A DNA stretch of 64,000 bases from Centroscyllium fabricii (lineage: Eukaryota), in assembly GCA_051313645.2 (NCBI GenBank), contig JBNRSN020000024.1:74028001-74092000 (forward strand). The letters run 5' to 3'. The notes beneath the pieces are model-generated. The model saw only the letters and a program-made list of their open reading frames with translations. It was not told where the DNA came from and ran no database searches. A program made the translations under genes and the position numbers. The stretch's first letter is position 1. Each line of letters begins with the position of its first letter. Below are positions 25,301 through 35,838 of the stretch, piece by piece.

Positions 25301-28300
25301 GATGGCCTTCAAGAAAGGTCAACTGTTTCTCTCTCCACCAATGCTGCTTGGCCTGCTGAGTTTCTCCAGCATTTTCTGCTGCTTTATATTACATGAGAAT
25401 GATGTTTTAAGTTAGAATGTTGAAAAACATGTGGGGAATACCCAAGGTGGCAGTGGCGACCAGTCTCCGTGCAATTATATATTTACATAATCAGACATGT
25501 CCATCGAGGGGGCATCAGGTAAAGCAAGAGAAAAACCTCCACAAAAAAAAAGGGACCTTTTGGCAACAGCCTGATGGATGAAACACTTTCCATTATTGCA
25601 TCGCGGTCCCATGTTAAAGTAATTGGACATGGAGGAGGAAGAGGGATGGTAGTGCAGGTCCAGCTTCATATTCCATGGGATAGCCACAGTCTCCTGAAGC
25701 TTCCTTCTGGGGGGGGGGTTTCCAATGTTTTTTGGGGGCTTGAAGTTGGCCATAAGCTCTCTCCTCTTGGATAGTGAGCACATGGATGGGTCTGGTCTTG
25801 CCAACACCTCCCATGACCTCACTAGCTGCCACAAGTGCAATTTTTAATTAGAAAGTTCGGTTTTGACCCAGTGCAGGATTCATAAGCTTACCTGAAAGTA
25901 CTGTCTCTGGTTATAGAGCCATGAGGTCCTTTACGGATTTTCCTTTTTGCCATTACATCCACTTCATAAGTGATGTTTACTCCATCAATCTATTAAAAAA
26001 CACAACTTGAGTTTGAGGAGTTGGTGACCCACTAAAAGCAAAAGATGTGCGGGTTAGGTTGATCGGCCATAAGAAATTGACCCTTAGTGTTAGGGGGATT
26101 AAATATGTGGGGTTACAGGGATAGGGTGGGCTGCGTGTCGGTGCAGACTTGATGGCCCGAAATGGCCTCTGTACTGTAGGGATTCTATGGAAAGAAAAAA
26201 AACTTACCGTTAGTGTGGTCCCACATGAACTTAAAGGAAATCTGAAGACAACAATTTCAGCCGTCCTGGCTACAGGGGCACATTCGGAACTCTCATTATT
26301 CACCAAGGAGACAGAGTCAAGATCAAGTGGGGGTACTGTTGCCACCCTGGGGACTACAATGGTAAATAGCCCATTGCTTGTGCAATCAATATAAGCTGGG
26401 GGAAGAAGAGGGTCATATGCAATTAGCAAACTTAAGTTTGCCACAAAAAAAAGTGTTTACTACAGCACTCAACTTGAAGGGACCAGTTGTCTAGCATTGG
26501 ATTTAAATTAGAACTTGCAAATTATATAAAATTTAACAAAATTTAGACTTTACAACAGGCCTCAAAGCTTTCTGCAAGCACACCGCCGATTACAAAGCTG
26601 CCACAGACTTGTGCCAACAGCACTTGAAAGTTGCCACTTTGTAGCAATGAATAAGGCTGACATGTACAAGCACCAACCTATTATTGCTGAAGTCAGAATA
26701 TGGAACAAATTGTACATTAGTAAGGTTCTCATCCATAGTCATTTTCCATAACCTGAATTTAAATAAAACCAACCAGTTTTTCCATAAAAGCAAGGGGTCT
26801 GCACATTGACTGGATCATAACAGCATCCTGTGGCACCACATGCCAGCTCACCAAGTGTGGCATTTCCACACCTTACACGGTCCTTGGCACCAACATCACA
26901 AATTTTGGCTTTGTCTGTAACAGGTAGAGGTTACAATGAATACCAAGTGGTGAACTGAACTGCAATTTAAAGAATCAAAAAGTCAAGACACCTAGTGTTG
27001 CATTCCAAGTAATCTTCAGGTGCACACATTTTACTACCCAAAGATTTGATATTAATCCCAAGTCAACATCAATTTTTCAAGATCATAATCTTGTTACAGG
27101 CTCTAGATAAGTTTGCAATATCCTATCATTTACATAAACTTGTAAATAGGTAATTTACTAGTACTTTAAGCAACAAACTTCAGGTGCGAAACACATTACC
27201 CACACTACATGGAGTAGGCTTTACATTAAAGCAAATCACTTTTGTTCTACCATTTAAAAAAAGTAATTTCCACTAACTTGATTGAGTTGTTTGATGAGGT
27301 AACAGAGGGCAGAGCAGTTGATGTTGTATATGGACTTTCAACAAGGTGTTTGATAAAGTACCACATACTAGGCTAGTTAGCAAAATGGAAGCCCATGGGA
27401 TACAAAATTAGCTAAGGGGGTAGAAAACAGTTGGTGAATGGTGGTTTCCCCAGACTGGAGGCATACAGTGGCATGTGAAGATTCAGTACTAGGACCACTG
27501 CCGCTTTTGATGGTCTTGTGGGTAAAGGGCACAATTTTGATACTTGCAGATTACACAACTTGGAAGTATAATAAACAGCAAAGAGAGCAAGACTTCAAGA
27601 CAGACTTGTGGAATGGGCAGATGCATAGCAAATGAAATTTAATGGAGACCACACTAAAAATGGTACCAGTTTAAAAAAAACAACCATGGGAAATCTTTGA
27701 AAGCAGCAGGACAAGTTAACAAAAGCAGTTTATAAAGCATATTGGATCATGGGCTTTATAAAGAGGCATATAAGAGTACAAAAGCCAGAAAGTTATGCCA
27801 AGCCTACATAAAACACCAAGTTCAGCCCCAGCTAGAGTATTGTCCATTTCTAGGCACCACACTATAGGAAATATGTGAAGGCTTTGGAGGGTACAGAAAA
27901 GATTTACTAGAATGATTCCAGGGATGAGGGATGGACAGACTAGAGAAGGTGAAGGTTGCTCTTTGGAGCAGAGAAGGTAAAGGAGATTTGACAGCGGTTT
28001 AAAATCATGAAGGGTTTAGCTAGTACTGTTTCCAATGGCTGAAGAGTTGATAACAAGAGGGCACAGATTTAAAAAGGTGACTGGCAAGGGAACTAGAGGC
28101 GACATGCGGAAGTTCAAAAGTGGTTAGGATTTGGAATGCACTGCCTGAGGAGTGGATATAGATTCAACAATAGCCTTCAAAGAGGGACATGGATAGATAC
28201 TTGAAATAGGGGAGTGGGAACTAACTGGATTGCTACGAGCCAACAGACTCAGCCTCCTGTGCTGTACTATGATTTTATGCCAGACAATACAAACTAACAT

Positions 28301-31300
28301 CTTTAAAAGCTAGTTGGCCTCTGGAGAATGATGCTTCACCGGCATTTCTACAAACAGACTCTGGCCTGCATTGGAGAAATAGCACTCTTACTGCACCAAG
28401 AAATTCCAGGGTGCTGTCCAGCCTTACTTTTAAAGCACTTAACATAGAAACTAGGAGCAGGCCATTCGGCCCTTCGAGCCTGCTCCGCCATTCAATGAGA
28501 TCATGGCTGATCATCCAAACCCAGCACCCCGCCCCTGCCCTCTCCCCATATCCCTATCGAGCCTGCATCAACACATATCCCACCCTATCCCCGTAACCCC
28601 ACATATTCAATCCCCCTAACAGTAAGAGTCAATTTATCCTGGCCAATCAACCTAACCCGCACATCTTTGGACTGTGGGAGGAAACCGGAGCACCCGGAGG
28701 AAACCCACGCAGACACGGGGAGAATGTGCAAACTCCACACAGATAGTACCAGAGGCTGGATTTGAACCCGGGTCTCCAGTGCTGTGAGACAACAGTGCTA
28801 ACCACTGAGCCACCGTGCCACCCTTGGGTGCATAAACATGCAAGAATTAGATGGTGGCAAATATTTCTTCCCAGGTAGAGGGATTTGAGAATTATACTAC
28901 CCGAAACATTAAATTGCATTTCAAAGCCAACCTTCACCCATCACCAATACAATTCCACCACCATTAGCAGTGCAAGAGGAAACGTCAAATAGCTTTTACA
29001 CTTCAAGCTTTCTGCTCCAGCACCACAAGCAAATTGGCACCAGCTTAGTTTTTGACATATCATACCTCCATTAAGACTATGATCAACTGGAATGGTTACT
29101 GGTGTTGCATTAACTGGCTTCCGATCTACTGGGATGGTTACTGGTGTTGCATTAACTGGCTTCCGATCTGCTGGGATGGTTACTGGTGTTGCATTAACTG
29201 GCTTCCGATCTGCTGGGATGGTTACTGGTGTTGCATTAACTGGCTTCAGTCCTGCTGGTATGGTTACAGGTGTTGCATTGACTGGCTTCCGATCTACTGG
29301 GATGGTTACTGGTATTGGCTTCAGTCCTGCTGGGATGGTTACTGGTGTTGCATTAACTGGCTTCCGATCGGCTGGGATGGTTACTGGTGTTGCATTAACT
29401 GGCTTCCGATCTGCTGGGATGGTTACTGGTGTTGCATTAACTGGCTTCAGTCCTGCTGGTATGGTTACAGGTGTTGCATTGACTGGCTTCCGATCTACTG
29501 GGATGGTTACTGCTGTTGCATTAACTGGCTTCAGTCCTGCTGGTATGGTTACAGGTGTTGCATTGACTGGCTTCCGATCTACTGGGATGCTTACTGGTGT
29601 TGGCTTCTGATCTACTGGGATGGTTACTGGTGTGGCATTAACTGGCTTCAGTCCTGCTGGTATGGTTACTGGTGTTGCATTAACTGGCTTCCGATCTGCT
29701 GGGATGGTTACTGGTGTTGCATTGACTGGCTTCCGATCTACTGGGATGGTTACAGGTGTTGCATTAACTGGCTTCAGATCTGCTGGGATGGTTACTGGTG
29801 TTGCATTGACTGGCTTCCGATCTACTGGGATGGTTACAGGTGTTGCATTAACTGGCTTCAGATCTGCTGGGATGGTTACTGGTGTTGCATTGACTGGCTT
29901 CCGATCTACTGGGATGGTTACAGGTGTTGCATTAACTGGCTTCAGATCTGCTGGAATGGTTACAGGTGTTGGCGTCAGTCCTGCTGGTATGGTTACTGGT
30001 GTTGCATTAACTGGCTTCCGATCTGCTGGGATGGTTACTGGTGTTGGCTTCTGATCTACTGGGATGGTTACTGGTGTTGCATTGACTGGCTTCCGATCTA
30101 CTGGGATGGTTACAGGTGTTGCATTGACTGGCTTCCGATCTACTGGGATGGTTACTGGTGTTGGCTTCCGATCTACTGGGATGGTTACTGGTGTTGCATT
30201 AACTGGCTTCTGATCTGTTGGGATGGTTACTGGTGTTGCATTAACTGGCTTCCGATCTGCTGGGATGGTTACTGGTGTTGCATTAACTGGCTTCCGATCT
30301 GCTGGGATGGTTACTGGTGTTGCATTAACTGGCTTCAGACCTGCTGGAATGGTTACTGGTGTTGGCGTCAGTCCTGCTGGTATGGTTACTGGTGTTGCAT
30401 TAACTGGCTTCCGATCTGCTGGAATGGTTACTGGTGTTGGCTTTTGTCCTGCTGGTATGGTTACTGGTGTTGGCTTCCGATCTACTGGGATGGTTACTGG
30501 TGTTGCATTAACTGGCTTCCGATCTGCTGGGATGGTTACTGGTGTTGGCTTCCGATCTGCTGGGATGGTTACTGGTGTTGCATTAACTGGCTTCCGATCT
30601 GCTGGGATGGTTACTGGTGTTGGCTTCCGATCTACTGGGATGGTTACTGGTGTTGCATTAACTGGCTTCAGTCCTGCTGGGATGGTTACAGGTGTTGCAT
30701 TGACTGGCTTCCGATCTACTGGGATAGTTACTGGTGTTGCATTAACTGGCTTCCGATCTGCTGGGATGGTTACTGGTGTTGCATTAACTGGCTTCCGATC
30801 TACTGGGATAGTTACTGGTGTTGCGTTAACTGGCTTCCGATCTACTGGGATAGTTACTGGTGTTGCGTTAACTGGCTTCAGACCTGCTGGTATGGTTGCT
30901 GGTGTTGCATTAACTGGCTTCTGATCGAAGGGAAAGGATCCTACTGTGGGGCCCACCATTGTTGAAAAGTCAGCTGTTGAAATTAAACAGACGGTTACAA
31001 AAGGAGCAAGAGTAGATTTAGAAAACAGCAGAAACATGGGTGGCAAGAGAAGACTTGTGGGCGCAAGGCTTTCAAATGCACATGGAATTTAAAAGTGCAA
31101 TTGCAAAAGAAGCAGGAGGGCATTTCTGAACTATATTGGCAGAGGAAATGAGGACCAGCAGTTACAGAGCAACAAAGACTTTCCAAAGCACCCTACAATT
31201 AGTGGGTTAATTTTGTTGTCACTTGTGTGCATCTTGACAGCCAAGGTCAAACAGTAACTGATAAAACTATATGGAATTAGTGGAATGCTGGCCAGAAGAT

Positions 31301-34300
31301 CTGGAGAACTGAATGCCTTTGTAGTAGACCATGTGGCCCTGGTTAAGTCAAGGTTCGCTCATTTAATATCACATTGGACTTGGACTATCAGCACCTCCAA
31401 CATTGCAGTACTGCTGCATGGTCAGTAGATTGCATACTGGAGTCCATATTGGGGAAGTGAATCAACAAATCAGAGCCATTAAAAAACCATGCATTACCAA
31501 CTGGACCAAGCTGCAACTGATCCAGGACACCGACATTTCAAAACAATAGGATTTGGCCACTGTGGGGCAGCAGATGGGTCAACACTGTACTGGAGGAAAG
31601 TGGCTTCTGTTGCAAATTAAATAAAACACTAAGTGTTTAAGACATACCAGTCACTTGAGCCAATGATGGCAGTGTACAGTTTACAGGAATGCGCTCGATA
31701 ACAATGATCCGTTTAGATGCATCAATTCCGTCAATTCTCAACTCCATGCTCACTGTTGTATTCTAGAGGGGGAGGAACAGCAATAGCATCCAATAAATTG
31801 AAAGCAAGCAAGCTTAATGCAATAGAACATTCCACCAAGATACAGCAGCAAAAAAAATTACACTGATCCAGTAGAGGAATATTTCTACCCATCACCAACC
31901 CATGCAAGGACAGTTACTTCACAATCAGCAATATTATTGACAGAAACAAAGACTATACTTACCATTAAATGAACATAGCATCCATTGTATGGAGTACTGA
32001 AGAGCAGTGACCCATCCAACTGTGGAATAGTTGTAAATTTACAGCTGCTAGGCAATGAACGCAAATCTCTTGGTATACCATAGTTATCTGTGCAATAAGA
32101 AAGTTTATTGTAAGATAGCAATAATACTGCAGATGCTGGAAATCCAAAACAAAAAAAACTCAAGCAGGCCAGGCAACATCGGTGGAGAGAAATATAGAGT
32201 TGATGTTTTGGGTTCAGACCCGTTGTCAAGACTAAAGCCAGGAAATGAAAGAGGTAGGAAGGCCGGGGGGGCTGCAAGGGAACAGAAAAATTAAAATAAA
32301 ATAAAAAAGTTTTATATAAAGACATTGAGGTATCCAATGCTGATGGGGCTGTGGACAGGAGACAGCTGTAGATTAGGTGTGAAAAGTACTGGTAGAATGA
32401 GGGGGCTGCTAGGAGAGAGAAGGCCAAATAAAAGGTGTGGCTAAATAGGTAAAAATACAATGGGCCAAAGTTATGATCTGAAATTGTTTAACATTGAGAG
32501 AGTCCGGAGGGCTGTAAAGTGTCTAATCGGAAGATATGGTCACTTCCAGCCACTGCAACAGTAGGGGGGTGGGGGGGAAACCAAAGCGTTATCAAAACAG
32601 TTAACCAGTAGAAATGGCTACAAGAGCAAGACAACTCAACTCACCTCCCAACTCTGATGTGGCATGTAGTTTCTACAGCAAGCACACATGGCCTATGAAC
32701 CAATTATACATGGAAGTGCCTGGGATGGTGTACCTCACGGATCTCCACACATCCATGTACCATTGATTTATAAGTCATATTAGTACAGGCTGCCCAAAGG
32801 CGATATCCATTGCAGAACACATTTAGACAGAAGCCAAAATACCACCCTTCACTTCCACTTACCTTTAAAGTGGTCATCAACACAATTCTCAAATTAATTA
32901 GTGTATGATCCATGAAGATGGCACAGAGGTGACCCAGTGTCAATGAGAAATAAATTCTCAGGCCTTGAATAAGTGATACACAGCCACACAACCAACTGAA
33001 ACAAAAAGTTAGATTCAAATAGACCCAAAAAAGGAAGCCTGAAAAGCTAATAACACACTGGCCAGTGCATGTGTCTCAGACTATTCCCAGTGGTGACCAC
33101 TGGTCATGGAAGGCCACAAGCAGATCACATGCTCCCTCTTCAGAGCCACCCAAGCAAGGACAAGACTGTGGGAGAGGCAGGCAGCCAGAGCAACCCTCCC
33201 AGTTGAGGACCTACAATACCAGCTCAACTGAGGGAATTAGAGACATGGTGTAATGTCACACTTGGCATATTCCAACCTTGTACAGCCAAATGTGGCCAAC
33301 TTATACACCACTTCAAAAGCAATCCAGTCACAAGTGCTTTGGCACATTCAGGCAACACAATAAAAGGCACTATATAAAGCATTTGTCCTAGTAAGAAGCT
33401 CAAAGAATGCCAGATTTATTTTTTTATTTTTTTAATATAAAAAAAAAGGTACAAGGAGATGCTCACATCCACATTGATCAAATAAAGCCAGCACAGCACC
33501 TGCATTACTCAACTGGTTTCAGCAACAGAGCTAATGACATTTCCAATGGCTTATATTCTTCCATACCCATCAGACACAGATCTGTCCTTTGGGAGGATCA
33601 GGTATACATCAAGAACTAAAGGGATATTGAATCTCCTAGCCAGAAGATTATATAAACCTGCAATTTTATTGCTTCAGACAGAAATCATATATTGAGAGAA
33701 CATTCACTCTTCCTTCCCCCACCCACCCCAAAAGGCAACATTTAAAATTGCCATACTCAGCCTAGAAATGACAAATAGGACATCTCAGGTTAGCAAGTTC
33801 CATTTTATAGTGCACCTCTGGTATAACATTTCCCCCAGTGTCCTGGCCATAATTTATCACTCAACTGTCCCAAAAAATCTGTTTTTTTATCCCATGATTT
33901 GAGAGACTTCAATTGGCTACCACATTCCCCTACATTAAGTGACTACTCAAAATTATCTGGTGAAAGGCACGACAGAACTTTTTTTTCCTTTTGTATAGGC
34001 AGACGTTTGAGGTCACTTCATTAGACAACCCCCCCCACCCCCCAACCCCCACCCCAAATCAGAGGAAGGAGATCAAAAGTATGAACAAAGTAGATTGAAG
34101 CGTTCAAACATTGGGCAAGCACACCACATTTATGGCAAGAATGAGGGACCAAAATAGTTAAAGGTCAAGCCAGTAGAGAAAGGTCAAGCCAGTAAGGAAC
34201 TAGAAAGCTTTGCTCCACGGAGGAGCATCACTGGCTGATACATTGACTACAGCAAGCAGCATTGGGCAGCTATTGGAAAATATTCTAGGGTAGGGAGTCA

Positions 34301-34764
34301 CACGAATAAAATTCGACCATCTGTGATGAGGTTTTACAAGAGATTCCATGAGTTACCATCCTGAGAAGGAGTGAAATTTTCCTCAATGAGAAAAAAAAAC
34401 ACCTCTCCCGATGTAGGTGTAACATCTTTGTTCAAAAAAAGAGATGGAAACAGGTATAGTTGGAGGGAAATACAACTGATGCTCCAAGTTACTTGAAACC
34501 AAGAGGAATCGAGATTGCTCCAAACCTCCCTTATTTATTTGAACCTTTCACGACTCCTGACTTACCCACGATTGAAAGTCGAATAGACATCCCCTGAAAC
34601 GAGTCATTGCGAATTCGCACCACGACCCCCAACGGCGTGCAAGTAATCTCCTCGGGATAGTCAAAGTATTGCACCGATACTGGGCCTCGCAGTCGGGGGG
34701 ATGAGCCCACAACCCGCCCCCTTAAACAGCTCCCGCAGAGAAACAAAAAGATCAAGAGCCACAT
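22321..34764 (-). CDS. ZP4: ZPB-class zona pellucida glycoprotein (ZP4/ZP1-like) with mucin-like repeat exon, copy A; 13 exons, ~1155 aa
   Basis: Exons (minus): 34764-34566, 32087-31963, 31762-31648, 30973-29066, 26914-26774, 26395-26208, 25989-25892, 24897-24770, 24692-24503, 23341-23197, 23073-22995, 22595-22473, last exon probably 22349-22321 (alternative 22189-22083). Phases compatible, total 3468 nt; signal peptide, 4-Cys ZP-N1, trefoil, GSITRDS, DYPIVKFLREPVYVEV, CWAT, GCPY, VYFHCSAAVC, furin-like KRITR. Confidence 0.88.
22473..22595 (-). CDS. ZP4: ZP copy A exon 12 (furin site, EHP)
   Basis: RITRNSD...GLVTLKKPIIFSLEE; TTTCTCCTTTGCCAG acceptor, GTATGA donor. Confidence 0.85.
22995..23073 (-). 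CDS. ZP4: ZP copy A exon 11 (end of ZP-C)
   Basis: VYFHCSAAVCLLSEMEKCSTTCDAGK. Confidence 0.92.
23197..23341 (-). CDS. ZP4: ZP copy A exon 10 (ZP-C)
   Basis: CPYYKDNYLTQL...FPTHHKRFEVKTFTF. Confidence 0.92.
23600..23960 (+). mobile_element. L2/CR1-type LINE 3' fragment (intronic; duplicated at ~53530-53895)
   Basis: Tail GGGCAACTAGGGATGGGCAATAAATGCTGGCCTTGCCAGTGATGCCCACATC shared with the SINE at 10712-11203. Confidence 0.65.
24503..24692 (-). CDS. ZP4: ZP copy A exon 9 (ZP-C; GC splice donor)
   Basis: YSNWFADEDYPIVKFLREPVYVEVRLLHRVDANIALVLNDCWAT...QWSILVKG, followed by GCAAGT. Confidence 0.92.
24770..24897 (-). CDS. ZP4: ZP copy A exon 8 (linker/IHP)
   Basis: LHVTCHLTGRRNIPLTLVVNTPLPLPFVVQDGVLQMEMRIAK. 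Confidence 0.92.
25892..25989 (-). CDS. ZP4: ZP copy A exon 7 (ZP-N)
   Basis: IDGVNITYEVDVMAKRKIRKGPHGSITRDSTFR. Confidence 0.92.
26208..26395 (-). CDS. ZP4: ZP copy A exon 6 (ZP-N)
   Basis: IDCTSNGLFTIVVPRVATVPPLDLDSVSL...ECAPV...VVFRFPLSSCGTT; GTAAG donor. Confidence 0.93.
26774..26914 (-). CDS. ZP4: ZP copy A exon 5 (trefoil domain)
   Basis: CDVGAKDRVRCGNATLGELACGATGCCYDPVNVQTPCFYG six-Cys trefoil pattern. Confidence 0.92.
27270..28275 (+). mobile_element. Old degenerate CR1 fragment (intronic; duplicated at ~57190-58190)
   Basis: Remnants AVDVVYMDF, GGAGGGTACAGAAAAGATTTACTAGAATGATTCCAGGG, TTGGAATGCACTGCCTG. Confidence 0.7.
28441..28823 (-). mobile_element. HE1-type V-SINE (intronic)
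   Basis: V-domain and HER1 tail; orthologous copy at 58351-58728. Confidence 0.9.
29066..30973 (-). CDS. ZP4: ZP copy A exon 4: Pro/Thr-rich VNTR exon (46 units, 636 codons)
   Basis: TTTCAACAG acceptor, GTATGA donor, phase 1-1; 36 x 42-bp and 10 x 33-bp units, no stop. Confidence 0.85.
29078..30922 (-). repeat. Coding minisatellite, 42-bp/33-bp units (copy A)
   Basis: Plus-strand unit GGGATGGTTACTGGTGTTGCATTAACTGGCTTCCGATCTGCT with a 9-bp-deleted variant. Confidence 0.97.
31648..31762 (-). CDS. ZP4: ZP copy A exon 3 (end of ZP-N1)
   Basis: NTTVSMELRIDGIDASKRIIVIERIPVNCTLPSLAQVT; CCCCTCTAG acceptor, GTATGT donor. Confidence 0.82.
31963..32087 (-). CDS. ZP4: ZP copy A exon 2 (ZP-N1)
   Basis: DNYGIPRDLRSLPSSCKF...STPYNGCYVHLM; TTGCACAG acceptor, GTAAGT donor. 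Confidence 0.88.
32125..32540. mobile_element. Penelope-like/short interspersed repeat fragment (related pieces at ~20010, ~25225, ~43430, ~62215)
   Basis: Recurrent motif ACTGCAGATGCTGGAAATC...CTCAGCAGGCCAGGCAGCATC...GGAGAGAAA; family assignment from recall only. Confidence 0.5.
34566..34764 (-). CDS. ZP4: ZP copy A exon 1 (signal peptide, start of ZP-N1)
   Basis: MWLLIFLFLCGSCLRG...ITCTPLGVVVRI...IRLSIV|G then GTAAG donor. Confidence 0.82.
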
Positions 34765-35019
34765 CTCGAACTGCTGGTGTCCCCTCAGCCAGCGCCAGAG
34801 CGCTTTTCAAGGGAACTTGTCTGCCCTGTTAACCATGTCTCAAATGCAAATTAAGACTCCCTGCATTCGATTGGGTGCGGTTAACCAGCAAGCCAAATAA
34901 AACACACTTTGTGCTTGATGCTACCTACTTTTCCTAATTAACTGATTGCCAATATCTTGTAACTATTTATCTATAGGCAGACATTTGAGGTCACTTCATT
35001 AGACAACCCCCCACCCCAC

Positions 35020-35275
35020 GTGGGTTCGAGGGATATGGGGAGAGGGCAGGGGCGGGGCGGGGCGGGGTACTGGGTTTGGATGATCAGCCATGATCTCATT
35101 GAATGGCGGAGCAGGCTCGAAGGGCCGAATGGCCTACTCCTGCTCCTATCTTCTGTTTCTGTTTCTGTTTCCTCCGGGTGCTCTGGTTTCCTCCCACAGT
35201 CCAAAGATATGCTGTGTCGGTGCAGGCTCCATGGGCCGAAATGGCCTCCATCTGCACTGTAGGGATTCTATGATT
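35020..35275 (+). mobile_element. Rearranged HE1/HER1 tail fragments
   Basis: GATCAGCCATGATCTCATTGAATGGCGGAGCAGGCTCGAAGGGCCGAATGGCC tail plus partial V-domain. Confidence 0.7.
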
Positions 35276-35309
35276 CTCCAAGCTTCCCGGTCATCTTCGC
35301 CCATTAATT

Positions 35310-35838
35310 GCCCTCATGCCCACAAGGCAGGGGTCAAAGTCACAAGCCCTCATGCCCACAAGGCAGGGGTCAAAGTCCAAGCCCTCATGCCTACAAGGCA
35401 GGGGTCAAAGTCCAAGCCCTCATGCCTACAAGGCAGGGGTCAAAGTCACAAGCCATCATGCCCGCAAGGCAGGGGTCAAAGTCCAAGCCCTCATGCCTAC
35501 AAGGCAGGGGTCAAAGTCACAAGCCATCATGCCCGCAAGGCAGGGGTCAAAGTCCAAGCCCTCATGCCTACAAGGCAGGGGTCAAAGTCACAAGCCATCA
35601 TGTCCGCAAGGCAGGGGTCAAAGTCCAAGCCCTCATGCCTACAAGGCAGGGGTCAAAGTCACAAGCCATCATGCCCGCAAGGCAGGGGTCAAAGTCCAAG
35701 CCCTCATGCCTACAAGGCAGGGGTCAAAGTCACAAGCCCTCATTCCTACAAGGCAGGGGTCAAAGTCCAAGCCATCATGCCCGCAAGGCAGGGGTCCCAG
35801 TCACAAGCCCTCATGCCCACAAGGCAGGGGTCCAAGTC
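35310..35838. repeat. Minisatellite, 15 units of 35/36 bp, upstream of ZP copy A
   Basis: Unit AAGCC(C/A)TCATGCC(TA/CG)CAAGGCAGGGGTCAAAGTC(C/AC); bracketed by the direct repeat AGCTTCCCGGTCATCTTCGCCC at 35281-35302 and 35845-35866. Confidence 0.95.
35330..35770. promoter_or_regulatory. Candidate homotypic array of nuclear-receptor DR1 sites (HNF4-type GGGTCAAAGTCCA x7; GGGTCAAAGTCACA x6)
   Basis: Motif matches counted by eye; 0.55-1.0 kb 5' of the ZP ATG; function untested. Confidence 0.45.

Larger units (their letters stand above)
18601..33900. repeat. Segmental duplication unit, copy A (matches 45437-64000)
   Basis: 20205-~33900 aligns by eye in direct orientation to 47223-64000; 18601-20188 aligns in inverted orientation to 45437-46991; very high identity. 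Confidence 0.95.

Noticed and set aside
29078-30922. CRISPR-like appearance of the regular repeat arrays (also 35310-35838)
   Set aside because: No unique spacers, no cas genes, vertebrate context; these are minisatellites
29052-30965. 637-aa and 689-aa (58981-61050) Cys/Trp-rich plus-strand ORFs (CCINWLPIYWDGYW)n and the (MVTGVALTGFRSAG)n ORFs
   Set aside because: Antisense shadows of the in-frame 42/33-bp coding VNTR; only the minus-strand frame has splice sites and phases linking to ZP exons
31495-31606. Possible extra ZP exon (EATFLQYSVDPS...) after a TTTGCAACAG acceptor
   Set aside because: Would need a ~41-nt intron and has no good phase-compatible donor; exon 3 joins the VNTR exon directly
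33092-33106. TGACCACTGGTCA as an estrogen response element in ZP intron 1
   Set aside because: Half-sites are everted (TGACC-nnn-GGTCA), not the ERE orientation GGTCA-nnn-TGACC
34825-34960. HNF1 or FIGLA E-box sites in the proximal ZP promoter
   Set aside because: Only half-matches to HNF1 and generic CANNTG (no CAGCTG); too weak to call
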